A stretch of DNA of 63,808 bases, filler included, from Paramecium tetraurelia (GCA_000165425.1; 6 parts of 5 records of this genome joined end to end with filler, not necessarily neighbours in it), one strand, 5' to 3'; positions 28,635 through 43,410 are shown, counted from the first letter of the whole stretch. The notes: a model not told the origin generated them from the letters alone. A program made the numbers and translations.

Positions 28635-29686
28635 CACACTTCATCTAAAAAGTAATTTTAATTTAGAGAAGTATTGGATGGATTGGTTGAAACCGAAAGA
28701 TAAGGTATTATTATAAAATTAGCCAATATAATATATTTATAGATAAGTTCAATCAAATGACAAGCAAAGTCAGAAGAGTGTTTTAGGTGTTAGTATATAA
28801 TGATTGTTATAAACAGAACTTGAAATTTAACACCAAATTTAATAAGAAAGAAGTATTATGATTAAATTATTTAATCTTATGCTAAAATATCATGACTAGA
28901 ATAGAATTGAGTGTATTTTATTCAAAATTCATCAAAAATTATATTCCTTCTCAACATGTAATTTTCCTTTGTGTTTGTGATTTCGGTTTATAGTTGTCAA
29001 TTAATTTGTCTCAAAAACTCTTTAAATCTGAGATTTTTGTGATCAAAATTCTTAAGTAGGTTATTATATGATTTCGAAATCGCATAACATTATACTGAAG
29101 TATCTTTCAAATTTTAGATACTGTATATTTCTTATATTTGTTAGGTACTAGGTAAGGAATCTGTCATCTTAAATTTATAATCTGACGATTCACTTTATTA
29201 GATAAAGCAAAATGATATTGAAAAATTGAATACTATATTGAATTGCAGCTAAGTGATTTCTTTTGAAGAGTAATCATTTTAATTTGAATTTCACCAAAGG
29301 TGCGTAACATAAAAGATTCTAATAAATGTTTAGAGTTTCTGAAATGAGAAGCAAAAGGATCTATGTTTAAATTTGGCTGAGATTTAAAAAATACCCATTT
29401 AGATTTAGAATACTAAGGTACAAAAATAATTAAGAGAAAAAATTCAGCTAATTAATCGAATCCATATTTCTGAAAGGGTATAAAGTTTTTTTGATAAATG
29501 ATTGTCGTTAATATAATTTAAATAGTTTCAAAATTAATTTTGGAGAATCCTTAATAAATTATGAAGATTTAATATTCAAATTTTTCAATCAATATACATT
29601 TTAGAATCTATTTTATTGAATGTTTTAAAAAATGGCTTTTATAGTGATGAAATCATTAAATTTTACACAAAATTAATGATTGATCC
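28635..29686 (+). pseudogene. Degenerate member of an unidentified gene family, paralogous to 47700-48400
   Basis: Collinear blocks shared with 47758-48390: aaccgaaagataaggta, ttcaatcaaatgacaag, gaaatttaaca..aaattt, ggtgcgtaacataaa, aatttggctgagattt and ttatgaagatttaatatt. Confidence 0.6.
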
Positions 29687-30099
29687 NNNNNNNNNNNNNN
29701 NNNNNNNNNNNNNNNNNNNNNNNNNNNNNNNNNNNNNNNNNNNNNNNNNNNNNNNNNNNNNNNNNNNNNNNNNNNNNNNNNNNNNNNNNNNNNNNNNNNN
29801 NNNNNNNNNNNNNNNNNNNNNNNNNNNNNNNNNNNNNNNNNNNNNNNNNNNNNNNNNNNNNNNNNNNNNNNNNNNNNNNNNNNNNNNNNNNNNNNNNNNN
29901 NNNNNNNNNNNNNNNNNNNNNNNNNNNNNNNNNNNNNNNNNNNNNNNNNNNNNNNNNNNNNNNNNNNNNNNNNNNNNNNNNNNNNNNNNNNNNNNNNNNN
30001 NNNNNNNNNNNNNNNNNNNNNNNNNTTCAATCCTATCAAAAAATACCAAGAATATTTTTTCCTTTAATAATACTATATATGAAATTATCCCCTTTATTT

Positions 30100-30650
30100 T
30101 TGTTATGATTATAGACTCCTCAAGGGTCTTGATAACTACCTAATAATAATTCAAGGATTAAATTGACATCTCCTAAATTTCTTCTTTAATTATTCCATAG
30201 GACCACACTTGGATTTATCATCCATCCAACAATCCGAAATTCTTTTAATCATACTTAAAATATTCTTCTTCTCATCTATCCCTCTTATATTTTTGGAATA
30301 GCATCTTCAGCATTTTGTGATTAGACTTCTTCTCCATGTTATACTTCATATAATGCTGACATATGACTCTAAACACTCTGAAAATACAATCTTGGGTATG
30401 GGTTTCTTCCTAGGTTCGTCTGATTATATCTTCTGGCCATGTATTTTTAATTATACCTATATCATTTTTATAAGGATTTCGGCTCTATAAAATGAAAGAC
30501 ATACCTTAAGATTTAATTTAGCTATACAACTTGAGGAAGAAAATTCAAAAATAATGATGAATACTTCAGTATAATTAACGACTTCTGTTCTTATATATAA
30601 ACAATATCTATGGAGTAATTCATTATATAAATTGTCTTCCGCGATTTAAG
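30100..30650 (-). pseudogene. Degenerate ORF of an unidentified family, homologous to 45930-46560
   Basis: Minus-strand MKYNMEKKSNHKMLKMLFQKYKRDR*EEEYFKYDQKNFGLL aligns with the + strand near 46240. The block ttatcaagacc/acactt..gg.gtct is also shared. Confidence 0.5.
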
Positions 30651-32016
30651 AAATATCTGTTGGATCAAATAAATGACACAGTTTACTTATTTGGATGGAT
30701 CTCTTAAGAAAGCAGTCTTTGAGGCATCTATCCTGTTTTGGAGTATTTAAAATTCCAACTTATCAAAATATTTGCAGTATAAAGAAATAAAACCTTGGAC
30801 ATTGACTTAATTCAATTTAATATAAAATCGCGTTCGATTATTCAATTTCAGCTTAAAATTTTCACTGCTACAACCAAAAAATTTTATCATACATTCAGAA
30901 ATAGTGTTTAGAATGTAAGTAAAATAAGGCATTCACAGTCTTATGATTACAAGCCTTTCTTTCATAAGATAATTCGATTTAAAATTAAATATATTTATAC
31001 TAAACTTCATTTATTTCTTGAATTGAAGTAATCTTTTAAATTAAGCATAGAGTTATTAATGATTTAATGTTTTTGAATAAGTCTTCTTAAAATAAACTAT
31101 TGATATTCAAAGGTTTACAATAGCTTAAAGAGAATAAATGATTGCCTCGAGCAAATTGCAATGAAGTATTGTAAAATGGAAATGATGAGATATTATTGTT
31201 TATTTAGCATATTTATAATTATTGTATGTATCACACGGAATGGATAAGATCAAATCACTAAATGTGAATAAATGAATAGATATTCAGCTTCATTCTTATA
31301 AACTCAAACCAGGCAGTCATCAAATTGTGGAATCACCTTAAGTTACAATCACCAAAACAAGTTCATTGAGATTGAAAGTAGGAAGAAAGGATAAAGTTGT
31401 TAGTCATTCTGCAGTAACATGGGAAGATATAATACTATAAATTATATTATATTTGATTAGATTAATCCAGAAGTCTTTGAGCTAAACAATGACATCAGTA
31501 TCAATTATGCCAACCTTATTATTACTTAAGAATAAAACTCATAATAATAAGGATTCGAATTCGGCGAAATGTTGGAGGTCTAAACTTAAATGCTGTCTGG
31601 AACTAATAACAATATCAAATTGTTGTACTCTAATAGACAAGTTTCCTATTAGACATATGATGTATACCTTTAAATCTGGTATATATTTTACATTTATGTA
31701 AAGTCCTTGAAACCACTCAGTGGATTAATACAAGGCTGACTTAACAGGAAGTTATTCAGTATGATTTATTCATCACTCATTAAAATAAAATTCAAAATTA
31801 TAAAATTGGGTTGTTATATGAATAACTATTACTACTAATTCACTGTTCTCCTTGTTACACTTTAAAGAAGGCATCCTAGAACTCCTACTCAGAAACATTC
31901 GGTATTTGTTCCCAATTAGATACGGAAGCCCCACTGTTGACTCTATAGGGATTGAATTTGATAGGCAAGTTATTGAATAATTTCGGTACAACATGAATAA
32001 AGGCTAGCTNNNNNNN

Positions 32017-35000
32017 GCAGGGTCGGGTCTAAAAGTGGCCAACGGCACTGCAGCTGTTGAGTTTTATACACATGTCTGATTTACCTCTAAACTATACCCA
32101 GATAAGCATGCTGTACAAGTATCAGATGAAGTGCAGGTATAACAATTCTCAACTTCACAAGCTATGATAATTTATAATCAATTTTTTACAATAACATAAT
32201 TTATCTTCAATACTATAATATTAGCCTTCGTCACAATTATTTACATTATTTTCATCTTCTCCTTATCCACTATCATCGCAGACTGAACATTAGACAGAAT
32301 TTGCATTTTAACACTACAGACAATTAGATGGACAAGTAGAACATAAGAAATTTTTTAAGCAGAATCCAGATTAGCATTATGTGCACTAAGAAGCAGTACA
32401 AACTAAACAACCAGATGTACAACCCACACATTACTTATTTTCTAAACTGTAATTTTAAACACAGGAAGTACATTCATCTTTTGTGCATGCAGCACAATTT
32501 GAAGAACAGCCAAAACATTTATCACCTTCAAGATAATAATTATTATTGCACTTTTGACAAGAAGTCTCACTTGTGCATTCCTTACAAGATTGATTGCATA
32601 TGGTGCATTATTGCGATTGCAAATAATAACCCGTTTTGCATTAAAAACACTCAGTACTTGAACACGACTCACAATTATCTTTGCATTTAACACAATTAGT
32701 TTGATCAACATAATGTTAGGGTTGGCATTCAAGGCAAGATGTAGCATTGCAGGATACGCAATTGGCATTACACTATAAACAATTTTTCTCTTTGGCATAA
32801 TAACCAGTTTTGCAAGACGAACACTCTTGCACTGTGCAACTCAAACAATTTGAATTACAATTCACACACTATTTTGAGTTTGGATCCAAATAATACATTC
32901 TATCACATTGTTGACATTCTTATTGTGTACATTTTGTACATCCAGTTTAACATAAGACACAACTATTTTAGTAAACTTAATATGGACCTGCACATTAATT
33001 ACATGTAGTTGATGTACATGATAAACAATTGGTTTAACATTTTTCACATAAGTACCCATTAATGTAATATCCAGTCTGACAATTCGTACATTTTTCTGAA
33101 GTACATGATAAACAATTATCGAGGCATGATGGTGAACATACAGAATTCTACTTATCAAAGAAAAATCCCGATTTGCAGGATTCACAACTTGCTTCTCACT
33201 CACATTTCTAGCAATTTTGCATACATTATGGGCAATTTTATCCATTTATATAATATCCAGTTTAACATTAATTGCATTAAGATGAAGTGCATTATAAACA
33301 GAAATCTTAACATTTCACACAGTTTTAACCATTTAGATAATAACTTCCTTAGCATTCAAAACAATTTAAATTTGAACATGACTTACAATTAGTGTTACAG
33401 GCAGTACAAGATTGGCCATCCGCATAATAACCATCATCACATCTCGTACATCCCCTGTTATAACACTCTTAACAATGATTGTCACATGAATTACAAGTAT
33501 AATCACTTTTATAATAAGTGTGTCCATCCTAAATGCAAGTTGTACATTTACTAGAAGATTCGCATTAAGCACATTTTGAATTGCATTTTATACAATTTGT
33601 ACCATCAAAATAAAAACCATCTACACAAGATGTACATTAGGTATTACTTGTACAATTCAAACAGGGTGAATTGCATGATGCACAATTCTTATCATCAGTT
33701 AAATACGAGAATTAGGTACAAGATGTGCATGTTGTTGAATTTTGACAGGTTACACATTATGAATTGCAATTATAACAGTTCTTATCTGTAGGGTCGATAT
33801 ATTAATTACTCAGGCAATTTATACAAAAATTAGATGAAGCAAAACAACTTACACATTCCTGATCGCATTCTTTACATTTATTTGAAGATACTACTTCATC
33901 CCAATCATAATATTAATGAGTTCCACAAGTACATGTTGTACATTCTGTGCATTATTCAGAACTTGTAAGAAGATATCCTTAATCGCAAGCTAGACACTTT
34001 CCAGATGATATTTAACAATTGCTACAATGATTTGTTGGGCATTTTGGACATACATTATTGAGGGCAAGGTAGTGTCCACTAATACAAGAAGTGCAGGAAT
34101 CTTCTGTTGATTTGCAAGTCTTGCAAGGAGCCTTGCATAATTGACAATCAAATGTTCCTTAATAATATCCTTCAATACATTCATTACATTAGATATAAGA
34201 TGATTATTTTACACATAATTAGTCTTTGCATTACCATGGACATTGTATGCATTCATAGCCATCTAAATAATATCCATCAAAACATGTTGCACATGTTGTA
34301 CGTTTATTAATGAATAAACAAGTTGAGCAACCTGGAGGACAAGCTATACATTATTTTTTAGATAAATAAAATCCTTGAATACAACTTTTGCACTCATATT
34401 CTGAATTGCATTCAAGGCATGGAGGTGAGCATAACTAACATATTGCATCTGAATTGAAGAAATAGTTTGTTCTGCAACTTGTGCATTGATAACTATTTTC
34501 TGAACAAGTTCTACAGGACCAATCACATTCCAAACATCTTTCTTCATCTTCAATATAAAGGTGTCCGGAAGCACAAGACTAACAAATGGAGGCAGAACTA
34601 TATGACAAACAACCATTGTAACAATATTAGCAAGTTCCATTAGGCTCTAAATGATAATCTGGACTGCAAGATGTACACTTGTTGGAGGAATTTAAACATG
34701 TTCTGCAATTTTCGTCACAAATTTTTCATTATCCAGCAGAATCAGCATATAAGCCTGGTAAACAAGTATGACATACAGTGTCACTTAAACACTTCATACA
34801 ATTAGTTACTGTACANNNNNNNNNNNNNNNNNNNNNNNNNNNNNNNNNNNNNNNNNNNNNNNNNNNNNNNNNNNNNNNNNNNNNNNNNNNNNNNNNNNNN
34901 NNNNNNNNNNNNNNNNNNNNNNNNNNNNNNNNNNNNNNNNNNNNNNNNNNNNNNNNNNNNNNNNNNNNNNNNNNNNNNNNNNNNNNNNNNNNNNNNNNNN

Positions 35001-37900
35001 NNNNNNNNNNNNNNNNNNNNNNNNNNNNNNNNNNNNNNNNNNNNNNNNNNNNNNNNNNNNNNNNNNNNNNNNNNNNNNNNNNNNNNNNNNNNNNNNNNNN
35101 NNNNNNNNNNNNNNNNNNNNNNNNNNNNNNNNNNNNNNNNNNNNNNNNNNNNNNNNNNNNNNNNNNNNNNNNNNNNNNNNNNNNNNNNNNNNNNNNNNNN
35201 NNNNNNNNNNNNNNNNNNNNNNNNNNNNNNNNNNNNNNNNNNNNNNNNNNNNNNNNNNNNNNNNNNNNNNNNNNNNNNNNNNNNNNNNNNNNNNNNNNNN
35301 NNNNNNNNNNNNNNNNNNNNNNNNNNNNNNNNNNNNNNNNNNNNNNNNNNNNNNNNNNNNNNTGAATCTACAAACTAGTCGCCAGTGCACAGTATTTTGG
35401 CATTAATCAAAATTGCATCCTGCACAATCATTTAGACAAGAATGACATTAATCTGTTTCTTTTGAGTAAAAAAAACCAACCTCACATTTTGAAGTTTCAC
35501 AAGTATTAGATTCATTTAATGTATAACCATCATTACAAACGAAACATTCATTTGTCCAATTACAAAATTTACATTGTGCAATGGTGCATTAAGAACAAAC
35601 ATTCTAAGATTGATAATAATAACCTATTATGCAATCCAAGCAATGAGTTGCTGATGTTTAACAATTGAAACAAGGTTCCTAACACTTTTCGCATGTACTT
35701 GAATTCTTGAAATAACCTGAGGCGCAAGTGTTGCAGATAATCGAACCTGCTTGAAATGTACAATCTGAACATTCAATAGGACAAGGTAAACAATTATCAA
35801 AATTTAGGTAGTATCCACTAGGGCAACTTGTACAAGTATATCTGGCTGTACACAACCGACAATAAGCATTGCATTAAATACACTTCAAATTTTCTAAAAA
35901 ATAACCAGGTGAGCATTCAAAGCAACGATCATTATAACCAGAACATTACTTACATCCTTTCGAACAAGTTTAACATTTATTATTAGCAACTAAATAATTT
36001 TATATTTCACAAGATAAGCATTCAGTGCTGGAGTTCTAACACATGTCGCAGGGACTAGTACATTTGATGCATTTATTCATTATTAATGTGTAAGAGGAAA
36101 TACATGAAGCACAATTATCGGGTAAATCAAAACAGGTTGTACAATTATCTGCGCATTTAAAACATGAGAAACCTTTTACATAATACCCAGGTATGCATTA
36201 AGTGCATTGAGAACTATTTAAGCATTTTGAACATACACTTTAGCATTTATTACAATAACCAACATTGTTGTAATACCCATCAATACATGATTAACAATTA
36301 TTATTCGATGTGCAAGAGGTGCAAATTGATGGACAATCTTCACATTATCCAAAACTGTTACTATATTTTCCAGTAACACAAGTATTACAATAGTTTTTGG
36401 CTTAGCATTTTACACAATCTGGTGTACATACATAGCATTAATCATCTTCATAAAAAAACCCTTCTATGCAAATAGAACAATCTGTTGATGTAGTACATTT
36501 TAAACAACCATCAATGCATATCTCGCAAGTTTATTCTGCAAAATAATAGGTGTCTATGCATGTAGTGCAAACAATAGAAGATGTACAAGTAGCACATGGA
36601 GCTGCACATCCTTTGCATATTGAATTTTCTTAATAATATCCCTCATCGCATTTTATAATTGGAGAATTACAAGGAGGTTTCATACCATCAGGACAAGATA
36701 TGCAAAAGCCATTTATACAGGCTATACAATCTAAGCCATTGCAAGGTTCATAGCATTGTGATTAATCTGTTGTCTCATATTTGCACAAACAGTTTCCATT
36801 TTAATTTACTCTATTTAATTAACAGCTTTTGCAGTATTGTTCATTCTGATTAAAATAACAATCATCACAATATTTCTGGCATCCATTTATTAAACTCATT
36901 AAAGCATCTATCAATTTTTCACATTCTGCATCACTAAAAAAAGTGAATTTTGAATATCCAATATAAAAGAAATACATCGCCTAATATATCGAGTAGTCTT
37001 CAGCTAGAAATCTTCTCCTTGTAACTCTCCCTGTTTCTTCCTACGAAGTTATTATCACCTAAATATAAACTGCATAACCCTTTTAATATTGAAACATTCC
37101 TACATTCCATTACCTTTCAAAAACTCGACTAGTGTAATAATTTGAGGTTTATGAAACTGAAGCAGTTGAATCAAACTTCCAAAGCACACTTTGTTTCTCT
37201 TTTGGTTAGATATATCCAACTGCAAAAACATTTTGTTAGAATCTTTAATAATACTAACCAACAGGAATATCACTTTTAAAGAAAAATTTCTCCTAATTTT
37301 ATTCTAAATCAAAATAATATTTTGAGACCGAACTAGTTGCAGTATCCTATAAATACGAAGCCTTTATTAGTTTAGTCAACTCGCTAACAATATCAATATT
37401 ACTATCGAAAAGATTTACGACAGCTTACTAATATTGATTAGATGTATCAGTCTTAAATTTAAATGTCAGCAATCTCTCATCCCAAGTATCAACTTCGCAT
37501 GCATATTAATATTTAACTGCTTAATAACCAGATTTGCAAACACAATCACCATTTACTAATTACCGATGTGTGATGTTTTCATCACCACAACTTAAACAAT
37601 GATTCCTTTTTGAAACATCACATGTAATACAATTTTAGGAACATTCTAATAATCCATTTCATATTCTATACATAAACATAGAGACACATTTACGGATGTA
37701 ATTTCAATAAACCCATCCTTGCAAACACATTTTCCATTTAATAAATTTCTTGTGTTCGAATCACATGTGATACATCTAGTTCGATCATGTAAATCACAAG
37801 TTAAACATGTTTAATGACCTTAATTATAATAAATTATAGTACAAGTTATTGCAAAACTATCTTTTACATTAAGAAAGCACATCACTAGTAATAAAATCAT
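32017..37900 (-). CDS. Very large furin-like/growth-factor-receptor Cys-rich repeat surface protein, 3' end unresolved
   Basis: ATG at 37900 with signal peptide MILLLVMCFLNVKDSFA. Introns at 37819-37842, 37646-37671 and about 32162-32189. Two Cys repeats are followed by a non-repeat domain containing VTRRRFLAED, then dozens of CxxCxxxCxxC...CxxCxxGYY units. Gap at 34816-35362 and one in-frame TGA at 34726-34728. The frame runs into the 7-N gap at 32010-32016. Not every codon was checked. Confidence 0.9.
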
Positions 37901-38999
37901 ATTTTTCCTATTGATAATAATAATAATGTATATTAAATATATAGTGGAATATAATTGATTTTATGACGATAAAAATGAATTTATTCTATCTGCCTATTTG
38001 TATCGAATAATATATTGAAATTCATTAATGCACTCTTCAATCAATTAAGATACATTTAAAGGTAATTAGTTTATGAAAGTTTTACAACTAAATACTTTTA
38101 ATTTTTGAACCAGCTACTTTTTAAATTCATTTTTCTTAACTCATACATTCATTATTTTCACATAATTATACAAATATTAATTTATTAAAATGAAATGATT
38201 ATAGATATTAAATTTAATACATTAAGCAAATTTAATAAAAATCATCAACAATTTAATGTTCAAATCAAAATCGTTTAGAATCTTGCCAAATAATTTAATG
38301 ATTCAGCTATAAAAAACTAATGCTTTCTGTAATGCTAAGGGTTAGGTGAATCAGAATATGATAGAGCTTCTGATTGTGTTTGAAATAACATTTTTAAAAT
38401 TTTTTGGATAATTCACTTCTTACTTTAATTATAAGGTAAAAAATATTCCGCTTAAAGTTAATTAAAAGATACAATAAACCCTAATGGATCATATATAGAT
38501 CCTAATAGGTACATTTATATACAGCTAGATCAGCGATTAAAGCTATGCAATTCTGGATCGCATCACAACCAACACGAAATATTTACTCACCCAGCCTCTT
38601 ATAAATGCTACAATTATTGAGTAATTTCTTTGTACTACTTTAAAGTGCTCTTTTTAGATTACTAATTTAAAGTGATTTAAAGGAGTATGCTTGAATAACT
38701 CACCTCCTTCTATGTGTTTTATGGATATTAGACTAAAACTCAAAATGAGATTAATAGAAAAGTCAAAATTAATATTGTCTTTCAAAATTTATCAAGAAAA
38801 ATTATCATAGTCAAATAGCATTGCTTAAAAAAAATTTAGATATTACTGAACAGATATGATTCTTCATCCAAATATAAAAATAATTCTCCTAATTATTTTT
38901 TGTTTGGAACTATTTTCTGTCATCCAAATCAATAAAATTATCTAATACAATTTCCTAACATTTAATTTAACATTATACTTTAAAAATTTATTCTATATT

Positions 39000-39099
39000 N
39001 NNNNNNNNNNNNNNNNNNNNNNNNNNNNNNNNNNNNNNNNNNNTTAATTAATTAANNNNNNNNNNNNNNNNNNNNNNNNNNNNNNNNNNNNNNNNNNNN
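39000..39099. other. Artificial scaffold linker
   Basis: 44 N + TTAATTAATTAA + 44 N. Confidence 0.97.
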
Positions 39100-40449
39100 C
39101 ATTAGTTTGATCTAATTATATAGAACTAACTAAATCAAAAGAGTGTTTAAATGTGTTTTATCATATATAAAAGATTTTAATCCTTTAAAGCTATAAATCA
39201 GTTTTGATTATTACCACTAAGTGGTAAGACATGACTTTCTTTTCTTTTTTATTTGCCGTTTCTTCTCCTTAAGTTTTTGTTCCCATGATGGTTCAATTCT
39301 TTTTGATATCTACCTAAGAGCCTTGAAGGATATTTCCTTCAAAATTAAAATAATAAGTTTATATAAACATATCTATCATGAATCTCTCTTTAAATTCCAA
39401 TTTCTCAATATTGAGATTAACTACAACCAATTCCAAATTAATAGCATGAAAAGTATTCATCTATATGCTTAATACCCAACCATACCCTCAAACAATTTTG
39501 ACTAACCATCCTAGAGAATTTTATTTTTGGTAAATTCAAATCTACCATTACTACTGAGCATCTCAATCACTAATCTAGTCATCCTTCTCTATGGTATGTT
39601 TCAATTTAATCCTTTAAATCCGGCCTTCCCATCCAGTTTATTTTTCTTAAACCTTAACATCAACTAACTCCAAAGAGTCTTCAATTTATCTAAAGAACCA
39701 GATTCAAGCTAGAGGCTAGTAATGAGTCTTCCATTCTTATACGTTCTAATTCTTGCTTTTCCTTATGACCGATTCCATCTTTCCTCTGCTGATTTATTCT
39801 AATTTTTGAATATTATTTATATAGAAAACTTCAACTTGTTTTATATTTGTGAGAACAATTCTAGTCTTAACCCTTCTGGTTACTTAACAACAGGGAGCCA
39901 ATTTACTGACTTATGTTTAAAAAATTAAAAATTAGATTTATAATTCTTCTCAAAAATCACTGATTTAATGTGACATCTCATACTGCGGAACTGTATCTCC
40001 TATTTATAGCTAGATTCTTTCAAATAATATTAACTAACTTTTTGCAATATATTATTGCAACCATTAAAATTCTACCTTCAAATTAATCATATAATTTAAT
40101 CCTAAACTTTGGAATACATGAGGGATTAAACTATGATATCTAATATCATATAGATATTATTAGCTATTATAGGCTCTATAGTAATCCAATTGGACATTCA
40201 CCTTTCTACTTTTTTAAACTTAATACAGGAAGACCGAACCTATCTAAATATTGAGTGAGTTATAATTAATCCCCTGTTAGGCATTACTCCTTTTTATAAA
40301 GTTATCATCAAATTGATAAACGAGAATTAAATATTGCATTAATTAATTCATTAAAGCGGAAAATTAATGATATCCAAATGTAAAGTAATTCTCTGTAATC
40401 AATGCCAAAAAATTCTCCAACTTCTGCTGTCTTTTATTTAAAAGGGACA

Positions 40450-43310
40450 TTTAAAGTATATGTACCAACCTGACCAAGCATACAATATGTATTTGTAAAC
40501 AAAAAAAGAGTGACTTCGCGATCTTACCTAAAAGAAGATTTAACATAGTTAACTGACAAGATACATCTGTAATCATTAAAATTCTTGTATTAAAGTGGAT
40601 TGGAATTATTATCTCTTTTTCATTTTGTTTTGGTATAATGTACAACTTGAAATTATTAAGAATGGTGTGTGCATTTCATATAAATAATTCACATGACACA
40701 ATTTACTTATGCAATAGAAAAAAGTGCTCAAGGAAGATTGGCTCAATCTTTCATTAGGAAGAGGCTTTTGAATCGTAAATCCATGTTCTAATACAATTTG
40801 CAATCTGTTAAAACAGCTAGTAGCTATTAATTTATTGATAGTCTCATTACTAATGTCATCCTTATATCAACTTCAAAAGTGCTTATGAGCTAAACTTAGG
40901 ATAATGACTACTGAGCCAGCCTATTATATCTCAAATAACAAACTTTTTCCTACTTTTAAGACTACCTCCTTCATTTCCAACTTTATCCAATATAAATCAT
41001 GCTCTGTGTATCTAATTAATCCTAATCAGTGAGCAATATCTATAAGAATTGCAAGACCCTAGTATTTAATATTTTTTTTTCTACCCATCTAAAGCTTTTA
41101 ATTTAGAGTTTTCATATTCGAACTAAACGATTTCAATCTTATAAAGCCTAAGGATAAGAACAGATTAAACAGCTATAAGACCTTATATATTTGCAAATGG
41201 TGTAGTACGAATTTGGTCAAATTACTGGAATACTAAATCACTGAATGTGATACTGAGAATGATTTTGTCAGTAGCGCGTACCTCCTTCCAAATGTATTTT
41301 CAGTTATGCAACTAAAATCCAATTTTTCTTTTGTTATTTCAATATACAAAGTTTAACCACTAATCATGCAGTGTTAAACTTCTTTGATAAAGATGGTTAA
41401 TCACAAATTACAGTATAAATTTATGGGTCAACTAGTCCGTATCAGGCTCTGCAATTTATAAAATATATATGAGGGGCATATTCCATTATAATATCTACTT
41501 GAAGTTGATGACTAATTCATTTTGTGGTGGAAGTTCGACTATATGAGACTGGTTATCAAGTAGTGATGCACTACATTTGAGAAAATAATCTTCACTTTGT
41601 GAAGAGATGTTCTAATAATTTGTCAGCATTTTTATTTAATTAAGACTCCAATTTATCATCTGCATCTAGCCAATAACATTATGATTACATATTTATTTCC
41701 TGTCATAAAAGAAATTTCTGTAAATTTTTTTCAACTTTAGTTGAATAAAAATCTCATTAAAAACTATCATGTTTTGTTCAAACATATTATTTACCAATCT
41801 TTTATGACAATAATGTGACAAACCTTTTTTGCTCTTTCTTAACCGTTTCCTTACTATCAGACTTAATGTCTTAATCAGTGGAATATATGTATTGCCGCTT
41901 AAACTTCTCTTCTACAATATTCAGAACACCAATTGTAACTATAGTTAGATAGCGTAAAAATTTAACGTCACTAAAGCAGCGAACCAACAATATTTATACA
42001 AGTGATGAGTATATCGCTACTTTTAAGTTTGTAAGTTATTCCTTCTATCACTGATACATAATCTGATTGTGGTGTACTCCAATCACAACTAAATATCAAT
42101 CTTGTGTAACTGCAATTATTATCTCTAAATTAATTCCATTTTTATTAAACCTGTTTTGATGGACATCGAACACTCATTTCATACATGATAGATGTATTAG
42201 AATGGATAACATACTCAAAACTTGAGAATTACAATCATTTCTTGCACTGATTTAAAAGCATATTCCCCAATATTCGTAGACACTTAGTGTATTCATTTAT
42301 GTGTAATCTGAATACACTATTATTATATACTTACTCTGCACTTACAGCAATGTAAGTGAAGGGTACGTATTGCTGTAAAATCAACATATCAACTCAGCAT
42401 CGCGATTTAATGGATAACCACAAATTAATCTGATCAAGTAAAATAATCAGAACATTATTAAATATAGACAAAGGAAATTCTAAAACAAATCAACATCACA
42501 TGTTCATAACCATTTGTGATTATAAAATTTCATGCTTTCATTTATATTCGTTGATTTACTACTGATTGTCTACATTATTTGATGAAACAATCATATCTTA
42601 ATCTTATATAAGAAGATATTTCTATAATGGACCTTACGATTAATGCTATCTTCTTATGACTGATGCTGGTACATTAGGCATTTGTTATGAATATTTTTTC
42701 AACCCTAAATTTCTAAAAGTTTATTTAAATGTGAGAATTGTTTGCTGATTCCCAGATATTAGATATTTTAGTTACACCTTTTCGTTTCCACTACCAAATT
42801 TGTTGTATAATATAATACCGACTTAAGTGATATATCATTTTAACTCAACCATATATTCTTCAGACTTAGTATTTCCTTAAATTAAATGTGCAGTAAATCT
42901 ATGTTTTATTGACTCCATGAAATAAAGGCTGATTTGACTGAGAGATCATTGCTTTGTGTTTTCCTGTTGTAAAGAGAGAGCAGTTCTAGCCAAAGATTCT
43001 TTATCATTTCCATTCTCTTAGGGACTGACTGAATTTATCAGATTCAACCCTATCTCATTTACACCGCTCTTAGTTGCTCTAATAAAGTTCATAAATTGCT
43101 ACATAGAGTTACATATTGATTGAGAGGAGTATGTTTGATTCATGTAACCGAACTAGATATACTAAATGTTCTTCCTCTTTTCCGATATTTTATTGAAATC
43201 AAACATCCTCTGCTTATTATAAGACGCTTGAATCAAATGATGAGACTGAATTTCAAAGTTTCCCCTTTTATCATCTAGATGATATCAATATTCATCCCTA
43301 ACTTTTATTG
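40450..43310 (+). pseudogene. Decayed Cys-rich surface-antigen-like remnant
   Basis: Scattered Cys motifs (CTNLTK, NGVCIS, NPCSNTIC) in shifting frames with many TGA stops. Confidence 0.3.
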
Positions 43311-43410
43311 NNNNNNNNNNNNNNNNNNNNNNNNNNNNNNNNNNNNNNNNNNNNTTAATTAATTAANNNNNNNNNNNNNNNNNNNNNNNNNNNNNNNNNN
43401 NNNNNNNNNN
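43311..43410. other. Artificial scaffold linker
   Basis: 44 N + TTAATTAATTAA + 44 N. Confidence 0.97.

Noticed and set aside
39100..40450. Purine-rich minus-strand coding-like tract, possibly retroelement-derived
   Set aside because: I found no diagnostic motif, and the frames are broken by TGA stops.
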